Shown here piece after piece: positions 1 through 8,448 of a stretch of DNA of 32,000 nt. The translations under genes and the position numbers were made by a program. The notes beneath the pieces are model-generated. The model did no database searches. It was not told the DNA's origin and saw nothing but the letters and a program-made list of their open reading frames with translations. Numbering within the stretch: position 1 is the first letter of the stretch; each line of letters opens with the position of its first letter. The stretch covers positions 2,100,001-2,132,000 of the forward strand of contig OW818675.1 of assembly GCA_942493095.1 (NCBI GenBank), written 5' to 3'. This stretch comes from Candidatus Electronema halotolerans. GTDB taxonomy: Bacteria; Desulfobacterota; Desulfobulbia; Desulfobulbales; Desulfobulbaceae.

Positions 1-53
1 TTTACAATTCGCAGGGCAAATTTCTTTGATCGGTCTGGCAAATCACGTTTCAT
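1..53 (-). CDS. Four-helix-bundle protein (23S rRNA IVS-protein family). Only the 5' end is visible; the gene runs off the window.
   Basis: A minus-strand ATG at 53..51 is followed by MKRDLPDRSKKFALRIV. This resembles N-termini of the four-helix-bundle proteins often embedded in type I R-M operons. Only about 17 codons are visible. Confidence 0.35.
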   Translation of the reverse strand, partial: MKRDLPDRSKKFALRIV

Positions 54-68
54 AATTTCACCATTTAT

Positions 69-116
69 TCTTCACCCTTCACACTTTACCCTTCACACTT
101 TACCCTTCACCTTTCA
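69..116. repeat. 14-bp tandem repeat (cccttcacacttta): two perfect copies plus partial copies on each side
   Basis: Copies at 75-88 and 89-102 are identical. A third copy at 103-116 matches for its first 8 nt, and a partial copy lies at 69-74. The repeat spans the hsdS stop codon (114-116) and the spacer to the next minus-strand gene. Confidence 0.85.
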
Positions 117-1418
117 AACTTCCCCTTTTGGAATGCGCAGTTCGCCGGAGAGGAGTTTTGGGAGCAGGGTGTCGCGGAGGGTTGCAAGTGTTTTGTTTGA
201 GAAGCAATTTAATGAAATTTTATCAAAGTAACTTGTCCCGATCTGCAAAAAGCAATTCATAATTTTTTGTGAAGGCAGCAATATACTTGCCTCATTGACA
301 TTTCCTTTATTGATATGCTGTTGCGCTCCGCCAGTTTGAGATGAAATAATTCCCTCTATATTGTTTGTTATCCAAAGATAGACGAACTCATTTGGAAGTT
401 CTTCTTTTCCAAGAATTCCAACAACTGATTGATTAGCACAACATTCAATCTCGTTCAGACTAACCTGACCGAGAGTTGCTCCTGTTATGGCCAGAAGAGT
501 TGTTCTTTTTGGTAAAAGTTTTGTCGCAGATTTTCGGACTGCTTCCTCAGTAATCAATTCTGAAGGTTCAATAACTCTAAATTCATTAACCTTACCTGAA
601 TTTATCCAAGGAATGCTTCCATTATTCCAAAACTCCTTATTTTTACGTGCAGGAGTTCCACCAAGGATAGTTTCTAATTCATCACCAATTTTTGTAACCT
701 CCCACCCCTTGGGAATCCAGCCCATTTCATCGATGTACACAAACTCATCAGGGAAAAGAGCACGGATTTCAGCAGGCAGCGGCTTGCGTTTGTCGCCCAA
801 TGCAGCACGAACGGCAGCACGTTCAGCAAGCTCCTCCGGCACTTCCTTGCCGCCAGCAAGGGCATTGTCAATCACCGGGTCAAAATCAACAAACCAGCTC
901 TTGAACAACGCCTGCGCCATCGCTTCCAATGTTTCATTCATCCGCCGATTCAATTCGATTCGGTCATCAAGAGAACCAAGAATATTGGCAATTGCTTGTT
1001 GAGTGGACCGTTCAGGAGCAAATACAAGTATCCGCTTCATATCGCCCTGTGTTAGTTTAGGACGAGTGGAACCTGATAAATAACTATTTACATCAGATAC
1101 TTGGAGTGCATAACATAGAAACCTTGTATTTGAGCTACTGTTTGCCTGCAAAATATGAGCGTGGTTATTGACCCAGAACTTTCCAGAAGCAAGAAATGCT
1201 ATAGGAGTATTGCGGCTTTTAAGATTTTCTCCGTCTTCTGCAAGCAATATATATTCTCCATCAAAAATATACGAATCTACATAATCAGCTATTCCAGAAG
1301 CTCCGTAATATGGATAAGGGCCAGACTTGCGATCCGTCTTTTTTACAGGAACTCTCATAGAATCATAAATCTCTACCAATTCTACAAGCGGTCGCTGCTC
1401 GTATAAATCATTCTCCAT
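114..1418 (-). CDS. hsdS: Type I restriction-modification specificity subunit HsdS
   Basis: 434 aa with two variable target-recognition halves. The halves are separated by the conserved central helix (LDDRIELNRRMNETLEAMAQALFKSWFVDFDP), and a matching C-terminal helix is present (LATLRDTLLPKLLSGELRI). The start overlaps the hsdM stop by 11 nt. GC is lower than in neighbouring genes, as is usual for hsdS. Confidence 0.9.
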   Translation of the reverse strand: MENDLYEQRPLVELVEIYDSMRVPVKKTDRKSGPYPYYGASGIADYVDSYIFDGEYILLAEDGENLKSRNTPIAFLASGKFWVNNHAHILQANSSSNTRFLCYALQVSDVNSYLSGSTRPKLTQGDMKRILVFAPERSTQQAIANILGSLDDRIELNRRMNETLEAMAQALFKSWFVDFDPVIDNALAGGKEVPEELAERAAVRAALGDKRKPLPAEIRALFPDEFVYIDEMGWIPKGWEVTKIGDELETILGGTPARKNKEFWNNGSIPWINSGKVNEFRVIEPSELITEEAVRKSATKLLPKRTTLLAITGATLGQVSLNEIECCANQSVVGILGKEELPNEFVYLWITNNIEGIISSQTGGAQQHINKGNVNEASILLPSQKIMNCFLQIGTSYFDKISLNCFSNKTLATLRDTLLPKLLSGELRIPKGEV

Positions 1419-2985
1419 AACCCAAGACCTCCAAATTCTTCCGAATCACCGCATCCAATTCCGCAGCTTCCCGCATCTGCTCAAACAAGGCCGCAGTCAG
1501 CTCGGACATCTTCTCCTCAAACGGCACGCCGTCATCCTCAATCTCTGCCGCGCCCACATAACGCCCCGGCGTGAGCACATAATTATGCCCCCTGATTTCC
1601 TCCAAACTCGCTGACTTGCAAAACCCGGCCCGATCTTCATACTTCACCCTTCCCTCTTCACCATTCCCCCTTCCCCCTTCCCCCTTCCAACAATGATACG
1701 TTCCCGCAATTGCAGCAATTTCCTCCTCCGAAAGATCCCGATGCACCCGGTCAACCAAACTGCCCATCTTACGGGCATCAATGAACAAAGTCTCGCCGCT
1801 GCGGTCGCGGAAACCGCGTGCAGCATCCGCTTTTTTGTTTTTGCTCAAAAACCAAAGACAAACCGGAATCTGGGTGGTGTAGAAAAGCTGGCCAGGCAGG
1901 GCGATCATGCAATCCACCAGATCGTTTTCAATGATCTTTTTCCTGATCGCGCCTTCCGTGCCAGTGGCAGTGCTCATCGAGCCGTTGGCCAGAACAAAAC
2001 CAGCCACCCCGCTGTCCGAGAGTTTGGAAATGATATGCAGTATCCACGCATAGTTGGCATTGCCTGTTGGCGGCACCTCATAGCCTGCCCAGCGGGGATC
2101 GTCGGTGAGTTCGTCAGCCCCGCGCCACTGCTTGAGATTGAAGGGCGGATTGGCCATGATGTAGTCAGCCTTCAAGTCCGAGTGCTGGTCGCGGTGAAAG
2201 GTGTCTGCCGGAGTTTCGCCGAGATTGGCGGCAATCGAACGAATGGCCAGATTCATCTTGGCCAACTTGTAGGTCGCGCCAATGGACTCCTGCCCGTAGA
2301 TGGAAATGTCGCGGCTGTTGCCGTGGTGATGTTCAACAAACTTGATGGATTGGACAAACATGCCGCCTGAACCGCAGCACGGGTCATAGATTTTGCCCCG
2401 GTACGGCTCGATCATTTCGGCAATCAGATTGACCACATCCTTGGGCGTGTAGAACTCGCCGCCGCCTTTGCCTTCAGTGGCTGCGAACCTGCCGAGAAAA
2501 TACTCATAGACCCGGCCCACCACGTCTTCTTTTTTATCCGCAGCCGTGTCAATATTGGAAATGGTGTCAATGAGCGCGGCCAGCTTGGCTGAATCAAGGC
2601 CAAGGCGGGAAAAGTAGTTGTCCGGCAGCGCGCCCTTGAGTGCCTTATTGTTTTTCTCGGCTGTAAACAGGGCCGTATCAATCAAAATGGCGAGATTATC
2701 CTGCTTGGCGCGCTGCTTGAGAAAGGTCCAGCGCGATTCTTCGGGCAGATAAAAGACATTTTTCATGGTGTAAAATTCTACCATGTCAATGTACTTTTCC
2801 TTGCCCTCATTGATCAGCTCCTGCCGCCGCTCCTCAAACTTGTCGCTGGCGAATTTCAAAAAGATCAGGGAAAGCACCACGTGCTTGTATTCTGAAGATT
2901 CAATACTGCCACGCAGTTTATTCGCTGTGTCCCAGAGATTCTGGGCAAAATTGCCCGTCTTTGCAGGTGCTGTTTGTTTCGCCAT
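1408..2985 (-). CDS. hsdM: Type I restriction-modification N6-adenine DNA methyltransferase HsdM
   Basis: It has SAM motif I (IYDPCCGSGGMF), catalytic motif IV (NPPFN) and an HsdM N-terminal helical domain (LWDTANKLRGSIESSEYKHVVLSLIFLKF). I placed the start at ATG 2985 (MAKQTAPAK...), not at the ORF-track start 3045, which would overlap ilvE. Confidence 0.93.
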   Translation of the reverse strand: MAKQTAPAKTGNFAQNLWDTANKLRGSIESSEYKHVVLSLIFLKFASDKFEERRQELINEGKEKYIDMVEFYTMKNVFYLPEESRWTFLKQRAKQDNLAILIDTALFTAEKNNKALKGALPDNYFSRLGLDSAKLAALIDTISNIDTAADKKEDVVGRVYEYFLGRFAATEGKGGGEFYTPKDVVNLIAEMIEPYRGKIYDPCCGSGGMFVQSIKFVEHHHGNSRDISIYGQESIGATYKLAKMNLAIRSIAANLGETPADTFHRDQHSDLKADYIMANPPFNLKQWRGADELTDDPRWAGYEVPPTGNANYAWILHIISKLSDSGVAGFVLANGSMSTATGTEGAIRKKIIENDLVDCMIALPGQLFYTTQIPVCLWFLSKNKKADAARGFRDRSGETLFIDARKMGSLVDRVHRDLSEEEIAAIAGTYHCWKGEGGRGNGEEGRVKYEDRAGFCKSASLEEIRGHNYVLTPGRYVGAAEIEDDGVPFEEKMSELTAALFEQMREAAELDAVIRKNLEVLGYGE

Positions 2986-3041
2986 GTTATTGTTCCTTGC
3001 TGATAAAAAAGTATGCGGAAGCAGAGTCTGCTGTTGCAATC

Positions 3042-4118
3042 TCAAACGGCCTTGATCAGCCAGCCGTGCGGATCAGGAAGCAGGCCGCGCTGAAGCTGCT
3101 GGATGCTGTCAAAGAAGCGTTGCGCCACTGGGCCGGTCTGGCCGTTGCTGATGCGGATGCTTTGCTCCTGATAGATAAATTCACCCACTGGTGAGATGAC
3201 TGCCGCTGTGCCGGAGCCGAATGCTTCAGTCAGACTGCCGTTCGCAGCAGCGGCCATGATTTCGTCCATGCTGATCCGGCGTTCACTTGCCTTGAGGCCC
3301 CAGTCTGCCGCCAAAGTCAAGACCGTGTCGCGGGTGATGCCGGGCAGAATGGTGCCGCCGAGCGGTGGGGTGATCAGCTCGCCGTTGATGACAAAAAAGA
3401 TATTGGAAGTGCCGACTTCCTCGACATATTTGTGCTCCAGCGCATCTAACCAGAGCACTTGGGAGCAGCCTTTGTTCTTGGCTTCAGCAAAGGCTTTGAG
3501 CGAGGCCGCATAGTTGCCGCCAGTCTTGGCCTCACCCACTCCGCCAGCCGCAGCCCGGACATAGCGGTCTTCCACATAAATCTTGGTCGGCGTGAAGCCT
3601 TCGGCATAATAGGCCCCAACCGGACAGCAGATGATGAAGAACAGATATTCATGCGAGGGATGCAGGCCGACCGCCGCCTCAGTGGCAATCATGGCGGGCC
3701 GGATGTACAGCGACGCGCCCGGTGCATCTGGCACCCAGTCGCGGTCAAGGGCGATCATCTGCTTGAGACCCTCCAGCACGGCCTCTGCCGGGATTTCCGG
3801 CATGCAGAGCCGGACAGCGGAGCGGTTCAGGCGGTTGAGGTTGTCCAAAGGCCGGAACAGGAGAATGGAGCCATCCTGCCCTTGATACGCCTTCAGTCCT
3901 TCAAATATTTCCTGCGCATAATGGAGCACCATTGCCGCCGGATCAAGCGTGAACGGGCCGTAGGGCTTGATTTCCGCATCATGCCAGCCGCTCGTGCTGT
4001 GCCATTGCATGACAAACAGATGATCTGTGAAGGTTCTGCCAAAGCCGAGCTTGCGCCAATCCGGCTTTTCCTTGAGCTGCCCGGCCCTGCGCAGCCTGAT
4101 GTCAAGATTGCTGATCAT
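3042..4118 (-). CDS. ilvE: Branched-chain amino acid aminotransferase (fold type IV PLP enzyme)
   Basis: Motifs FEGLKAY, GVGEAKTGGNYAASL and EEVGTSNIFFV, with a length of 358 aa. The start is set at ATG 4118 (MISNLDIRL...), preceded by AAGGA 8 nt upstream. Confidence 0.88.
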   Translation of the reverse strand: MISNLDIRLRRAGQLKEKPDWRKLGFGRTFTDHLFVMQWHSTSGWHDAEIKPYGPFTLDPAAMVLHYAQEIFEGLKAYQGQDGSILLFRPLDNLNRLNRSAVRLCMPEIPAEAVLEGLKQMIALDRDWVPDAPGASLYIRPAMIATEAAVGLHPSHEYLFFIICCPVGAYYAEGFTPTKIYVEDRYVRAAAGGVGEAKTGGNYAASLKAFAEAKNKGCSQVLWLDALEHKYVEEVGTSNIFFVINGELITPPLGGTILPGITRDTVLTLAADWGLKASERRISMDEIMAAAANGSLTEAFGSGTAAVISPVGEFIYQEQSIRISNGQTGPVAQRFFDSIQQLQRGLLPDPHGWLIKAV

Positions 4119-4349
4119 TTTTTCATCCTTTTCGTTCTGTGCCGACCATAGTCTGTCCTCCAGCCTCTTTTGCAAGCAGCTCGGCATTCATTTGCCCGCT
4201 GTAGGGGCAGCCCCCTGTGTCTGCCCGTGCAATGCGCCAAAATGACGGGAAAACACGGGAGAAAGACAGATGACAGAGTCATTTTATCCTGCAATTATTC
4301 CAAGTTGCCTTTCAGCAAAGCCGTCTCCATGCTGGAACTGAAGAAAAAA

Positions 4350-4378
4350 AAGATACAGCCAAAACAGAGGGCTGTCAA
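4350..4378 (-). promoter_or_regulatory. Candidate sigma70-type promoter for ilvE (TTGACA-17 nt-TATCTT on the minus strand)
   Basis: The -35 is the reverse complement of 4373-4378 and the -10 is the reverse complement of 4350-4355, with a 17-nt spacer. It would give a roughly 220-nt leader. The same bases can fold as a hairpin plus T-run, so the assignment is ambiguous. Confidence 0.3.
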
Positions 4379-4662
4379 ACCAAAATGCAAGTGATCACAG
4401 GGTGCCCGCTCATGTCAAGGCCCGGATTCCAGCACTGTCACAGCGTCCTGCTTGCCAGCTCAGAAAGAGCGGAATTCAGGCAGCATGTCCAAGGCAGTGA
4501 GTTGCAGTTGCGGCAGGGCTGCTGATTCGCAACTGTTTTTCCATCTTGCCAATTCTGCCGTAAAGATGCTACCATGCTGTTATGAGGCAGCTGCTGGATA
4601 TCCAGCACAGGCTGGAAGCGGCTGCGCGGAACTAAACAGATGAAGAAAAGGAGTGTGCTTTC

Positions 4663-5379
4663 ATGAAAAAAATCTTTCTTTGGCTCGCAGGAGCACTCGT
4701 TCTTTGTAGCTGCGCCGCAGGCCAGGCTGATCCAATTCAAGACAATTCGTTCAAGACGCACAAACTCGGCTGGTATCCGAACAGCTTCAAAGGCAGCGGC
4801 AGCCCGCGCTCCTGCGATGACACCTGCCAGGCAGTCGGGGGAATTGCTGAACAGGAGGCAGGCGGAATGGGAGGCACTGCCGCCAATCCTGTCTGCAAAG
4901 TCAATTCGTCATACGGGTCATGGGCCAATGAGCTGTATGGCAATCAGATGTATTACAACGGCTATCCAGCCTGCTATTACACCAATCCAAACGGATACAC
5001 GCAGGCCAGCTATGCTTTTCAATGCCTGTGCATCAGCGGCGCCACAGCAGGCTGCCCTGATCTGGTTGTGGAAAAATTGGTCCGGGTGGTGTGGAATCCC
5101 AGAAGAAACAAGACCTACGTTATTGTGAGGCTGAAAAATATTGGCGGCACAATGGCCGAAGACAGCACGGTCAGCCTGACAGATCAGAGCAATTGGAAGA
5201 GACCATACAGCACCACAGCCCCTGTGCCCCTTCTCTGTGCCGGAGAGAGCACAAAAGTCATCTTTGCTCTGCCGTACAAAATCAGAAATCCCCATGCCAA
5301 AGGCATCATCAAGGCGGACTGTAGGGACGAAGTCAAGGAATGTCGGGAAAACAACAATACGAAGTGGATATGGCTGTAG
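4663..5379 (+). CDS. Secreted lipoprotein with a Cys-rich N-terminal region and a CARDB-like C-terminal beta-sandwich domain
   Basis: Signal peptide with lipobox (MKKIFLWLAGALVLCSC). An AGGAG RBS lies 7-11 nt upstream. The C-terminal segment CPDLVVEKLVRVVWNPRRNKTYVIVRLKNIGG...STVSL resembles CARDB domains. Confidence 0.7.
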   Translation: MKKIFLWLAGALVLCSCAAGQADPIQDNSFKTHKLGWYPNSFKGSGSPRSCDDTCQAVGGIAEQEAGGMGGTAANPVCKVNSSYGSWANELYGNQMYYNGYPACYYTNPNGYTQASYAFQCLCISGATAGCPDLVVEKLVRVVWNPRRNKTYVIVRLKNIGGTMAEDSTVSLTDQSNWKRPYSTTAPVPLLCAGESTKVIFALPYKIRNPHAKGIIKADCRDEVKECRENNNTKWIWL

Positions 5380-5405
5380 TCTGAGCCAACTGGTCGGCAG
5401 CGGAA

Positions 5406-5440
5406 GAGGGGGAGCGCATTGAGCGTTTCCCCTTTTTTGC
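5406..5440 (+). terminator. Rho-independent terminator after the lipoprotein gene
   Basis: A GGGGA...TCCCC stem (5409-5413 with 5428-5432) has an inner GCG/CGC extension and is followed by T6 (5433-5438). Confidence 0.6.
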
Positions 5441-5462
5441 TTGCCACTGGCGGCGACTTTGC

Positions 5463-6812
5463 TCAACCAAAGAGCCGCTCCACTGCCTCATGCACGCTGC
5501 GCACCGGATGAAGCTGAATGCCCTCAGTCGCCCCGGCTTCGAGCTGCCTGCGGCTGGATTCTGGCATGAGCAGGGTTTTGAAGCCGAGCCGCCGGGCTTC
5601 GCGCAGCCGCATCTCCATCTGGCTGACCGCCCGGATTTCTCCAGCCAGGCCCACCTCGCCGCAGACCGCTGTGACCGGATCAACCACCTTTTCGTGCAGA
5701 CTGGAGAGCAGGGCCACAATCACGGCCAAATCAAGGGCAGGCTCGTCAATGCGGATGCCGCCCGCAATGTTGAGGAAGATGTCGTGATCAAAAAGGGTCA
5801 CGCCGATCTTTTTTTCCAAGACGGCGGTGAGCAGGGCCAGCCGCTGCGGGTCCGCGCCAATGGCTGTGCGCCGGGCTGTGCCAAGGCTGGACGGACTGAC
5901 TAAAGCCTGCACCTCAACCAAGATAGGCCGGGTGCCCTCAACACTGGGCATGACCACGGAGCCGGGCACGTTCACAGGCCGCTCGGCCAAGAACAGGGCC
6001 GAAGGATTGGCAACCTCGGCCAGGCCGCTCTCCTTCATCTCAAACACGCCAATTTCATTGGTCGAGCCGAAGCGGTTCTTGACTGTGCGCAGGAGGCGGA
6101 AGACTTGGCTGCCGTCGCCCTCAAAGTAGAGCACCGTGTCAACGATATGCTCCAAGACACGCGGCCCGGCAATGCTGCCGTCTTTGGTGACATGGCCGAT
6201 GAGAATGACCGGCAGGCCGCTGCGTTTGGCAAGATTGAGGAGCAGGGAGGCGGATTCGCGCACTTGCGTCACCGAGCCGGACGCGGAGCCGACAGTGTCG
6301 CTGTTCATGGTTTGGATGGAATCTACGGCCAAGAAAGCAGGCCGCACCTCCTCAACCAAGCTGATGATGGTTTGGACCGAGTTCTCGGCAGCAAGAAAGA
6401 TATGCTCGCTCTGCACCTCCAGCCGCTCGGCCCGCATCCGTATCTGCTGGACCGACTCCTCGCCGCTGACATAGAGCAGCTTGCGCCGCTGCCCGGCCAA
6501 GGCCGCCAAAATGTGCAGGATGAGCGTTGATTTGCCAATGCCGGGATCGCCGCCAAGCAGGATCATGGAGCCGGGGACAATGCCGCCGCCAAGGGTGCGA
6601 TCCAACTCGCTGATGCCCGTGACCAGCCGGGCTGATTCCTCGCCGCCTTCGCCGTTGAGCGGGAAAACCTCTCCTGCCCGGAGCAGGCGCGGCTTGGGCT
6701 GCTGCTCGCTCAAGCTGTCCCATTCGCCGCACTGCGGACAGCGGCCCAGCCATTTGCGGCTCTCATGGCCGCAGTTTGCGCAAAGGAAGATATGCTGATT
6801 TTTTGAAGCCAT
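5463..6812 (-). CDS. radA: DNA repair protein RadA/Sms
   Basis: N-terminal zinc finger CANCGH...CPQCGEW, Walker A GDPGIGKST, the RadA-specific KNRFG motif and a Lon-protease-like C-terminal domain. Confidence 0.95.
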   Translation of the reverse strand: MASKNQHIFLCANCGHESRKWLGRCPQCGEWDSLSEQQPKPRLLRAGEVFPLNGEGGEESARLVTGISELDRTLGGGIVPGSMILLGGDPGIGKSTLILHILAALAGQRRKLLYVSGEESVQQIRMRAERLEVQSEHIFLAAENSVQTIISLVEEVRPAFLAVDSIQTMNSDTVGSASGSVTQVRESASLLLNLAKRSGLPVILIGHVTKDGSIAGPRVLEHIVDTVLYFEGDGSQVFRLLRTVKNRFGSTNEIGVFEMKESGLAEVANPSALFLAERPVNVPGSVVMPSVEGTRPILVEVQALVSPSSLGTARRTAIGADPQRLALLTAVLEKKIGVTLFDHDIFLNIAGGIRIDEPALDLAVIVALLSSLHEKVVDPVTAVCGEVGLAGEIRAVSQMEMRLREARRLGFKTLLMPESSRRQLEAGATEGIQLHPVRSVHEAVERLFG

Positions 6813-7073
6813 GCAGTTACATTGCTGTGAATCGAAGTGACAGGAAAGAGATGGCGGTTTCTGGTCATTATATTGTTTTTAGTTGTAAATTCAATCTGTT
6901 TTTTCAGATGCGCCCCATGCTGCCAGTCACAGGCCGCCGTTTGTGCGGCAGCCAGTTCTTCAGTGAAAATCTTTCTCTTGCCGCCAGCCGTTGCTTGCCG
7001 AGACACTGCCTGAACGGTATATTCCACGGACTGAAGTGCTTTCCCTATTCATTCCAGCCTGAAGAAAACCGTC

Positions 7074-8144
7074 ATGCCGCCTTCTGTCAAATCGCAAATT
7101 GCCGTCCTGTCCATCTACAAGCCACCGTGGTCAGCTCTTGACCGCACTGCTTTTCTCCGTTTTGATCTGAACGAGAACACCCTGCCGCTGCCAGACTGCG
7201 TCAAAGTGGCCCTGAAAGACTGGATCGACGCAGACCAGATTCCGCTCTATCCCGACTATGCGGCCTTCATGCCCAAGCTGGCCCGCTATGTCGGCGCGGC
7301 CCCAGAGCAGCTCCTTGTCAGCAACGGCTCAGATCAGGCCATTGAAGTGGTGCTGCGTTCCTTTCTCGGCAAAGGCGACGAGCTGCTCATGGCCCAGCCC
7401 GGCTTTCCCATGTTCAGCCAGATTGCCGGGGTGATCGGGGCCAAGGTGAACGGCATTCCCTACACGCCCGACCTTTGCTTTCCGCGCCAGAAATTCTTCG
7501 CCGCCGTCAGTGCGGCGACCAAGCTGATTGTCTTGGTCAATCCTGACAATCCGACTGGTGTTTCCATTCCGCAGGACGTGATCGAGGAAGCCCTTGCCCT
7601 GCGGCCTGACCTGCCAGTAATCGTGGATGAGGCCTATTTTGAATTCACTGGCGTGACTGCGCTGGAATTGCTGGCGACGCATCCGAACCTGATCATTCTG
7701 CGCACCTTCTCGAAAGCCTTTGCCCTTGGCGGCCTGCGCCTTGGCTACATCATCGCCCACCCGGAGCTGATCACTGAATTCAGCAAGGTGCGCGGCCCGT
7801 TTGATGTCAACACCTGCGCCATAGCTGCGGCAGAAGCCCAGCTCGATGATCCTGCGGCACGTTGGAAACGCTTCCCGCAGGAGACCATGCAGGCATCCAA
7901 GCCGTATTTGGAAGCCTTTTTCAAGGAAAACAAGGTCAAGTATTATCACAGCGCGGCCCATTTTCTGCTGGTGGAGCCGGAAGACCGGGACGACGCAGTC
8001 GCCTTTCTCAAGGAGCGGGGTATTCTGGTGCGGCCAATGGTCGCCCCGGCCATCAGCAAAACCTTCCGCATGAATGTCGGCACCTTGGAGCAGACCCAGC
8101 ACTTTGCCGAGGTCTATGCGGACTATCTCCGGGAGAAGCGGTGA
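7074..8144 (+). CDS. hisC: Histidinol-phosphate aminotransferase (class II aminotransferase)
   Basis: LNENTLPLP near the N-terminus, VNPDNPTG, and the PLP-lysine motif TFSKAFALGGLRLGY. Length is 356 aa. Confidence 0.8.
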   Translation: MPPSVKSQIAVLSIYKPPWSALDRTAFLRFDLNENTLPLPDCVKVALKDWIDADQIPLYPDYAAFMPKLARYVGAAPEQLLVSNGSDQAIEVVLRSFLGKGDELLMAQPGFPMFSQIAGVIGAKVNGIPYTPDLCFPRQKFFAAVSAATKLIVLVNPDNPTGVSIPQDVIEEALALRPDLPVIVDEAYFEFTGVTALELLATHPNLIILRTFSKAFALGGLRLGYIIAHPELITEFSKVRGPFDVNTCAIAAAEAQLDDPAARWKRFPQETMQASKPYLEAFFKENKVKYYHSAAHFLLVEPEDRDDAVAFLKERGILVRPMVAPAISKTFRMNVGTLEQTQHFAEVYADYLREKR

Positions 8145-8316
8145 AGCTCTCTCTGCCAGAGACACTATGGTGACTGGGCATGAAATACCATGCTGGCTCT
8201 TACATCCTAATACAGCTGTCCTTCTTTGACTTCATCCAAGGGCAGCGCATCATCAAAATCATCGCCCCTTTGACGTGCTGCCGCCCGGCTTGACAGCGAC
8301 CGGGCTGTTTATTCTG

Positions 8317-8345
8317 TTGACACTGCCGCCGCATCAGTCTATATT
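8317..8345 (+). promoter_or_regulatory. Near-consensus sigma70 promoter of the rpsF operon (TTGACA-17 nt-TATATT)
   Basis: -35 TTGACA at 8317-8322, a 17-nt spacer, and -10 TATATT at 8340-8345. It lies about 100 nt upstream of the rpsF ATG. Confidence 0.6.
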
Positions 8346-8362
8346 TTTCCCTCATTCAGACC

Positions 8363-8386
8363 GACAGCTCAGGCTGTCTTTTTTTT
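8363..8386 (+). promoter_or_regulatory. Leader hairpin plus T8 tract in the rpsF 5' UTR (attenuator-like)
   Basis: GACAGC-tcag-GCTGTC (8363-8378) is followed directly by eight T (8379-8386). It sits about 10-35 nt downstream of the predicted transcription start. Confidence 0.4.
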
Positions 8387-8448
8387 GCATTCCGCAACCC
8401 TTCCCGCTCTCTCCAGGCAGAGAGGGCCAATGACCATGAGGAGGCTTT

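Noticed and set aside
2986-3045. N-terminal extension of the hsdM ORF. Analogous extensions lie at 4119-4187 (ilvE), 20027-20218 (secreted protein), 21272-21457 (GT2), 22749-22781 (rSAM) and 23626-23724 (DapB-like).
   Set aside because: Internal ATG codons with good RBSs coincide with the conserved family N-termini or signal peptides. The extensions overlap neighbouring genes or leaders.
1693-4151. Plus-strand ORFs of 225 aa and 230 aa overlapping hsdM and ilvE.
   Set aside because: They are antisense to genes with clear catalytic motifs. They are Arg/Ala/Gly-rich GC artefacts.
7329-8165. A 278-aa minus-strand ORF opposite hisC.
   Set aside because: hisC on the plus strand carries the PLP-lysine motif and a full-length aminotransferase fold. 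The antisense ORF has no motifs.
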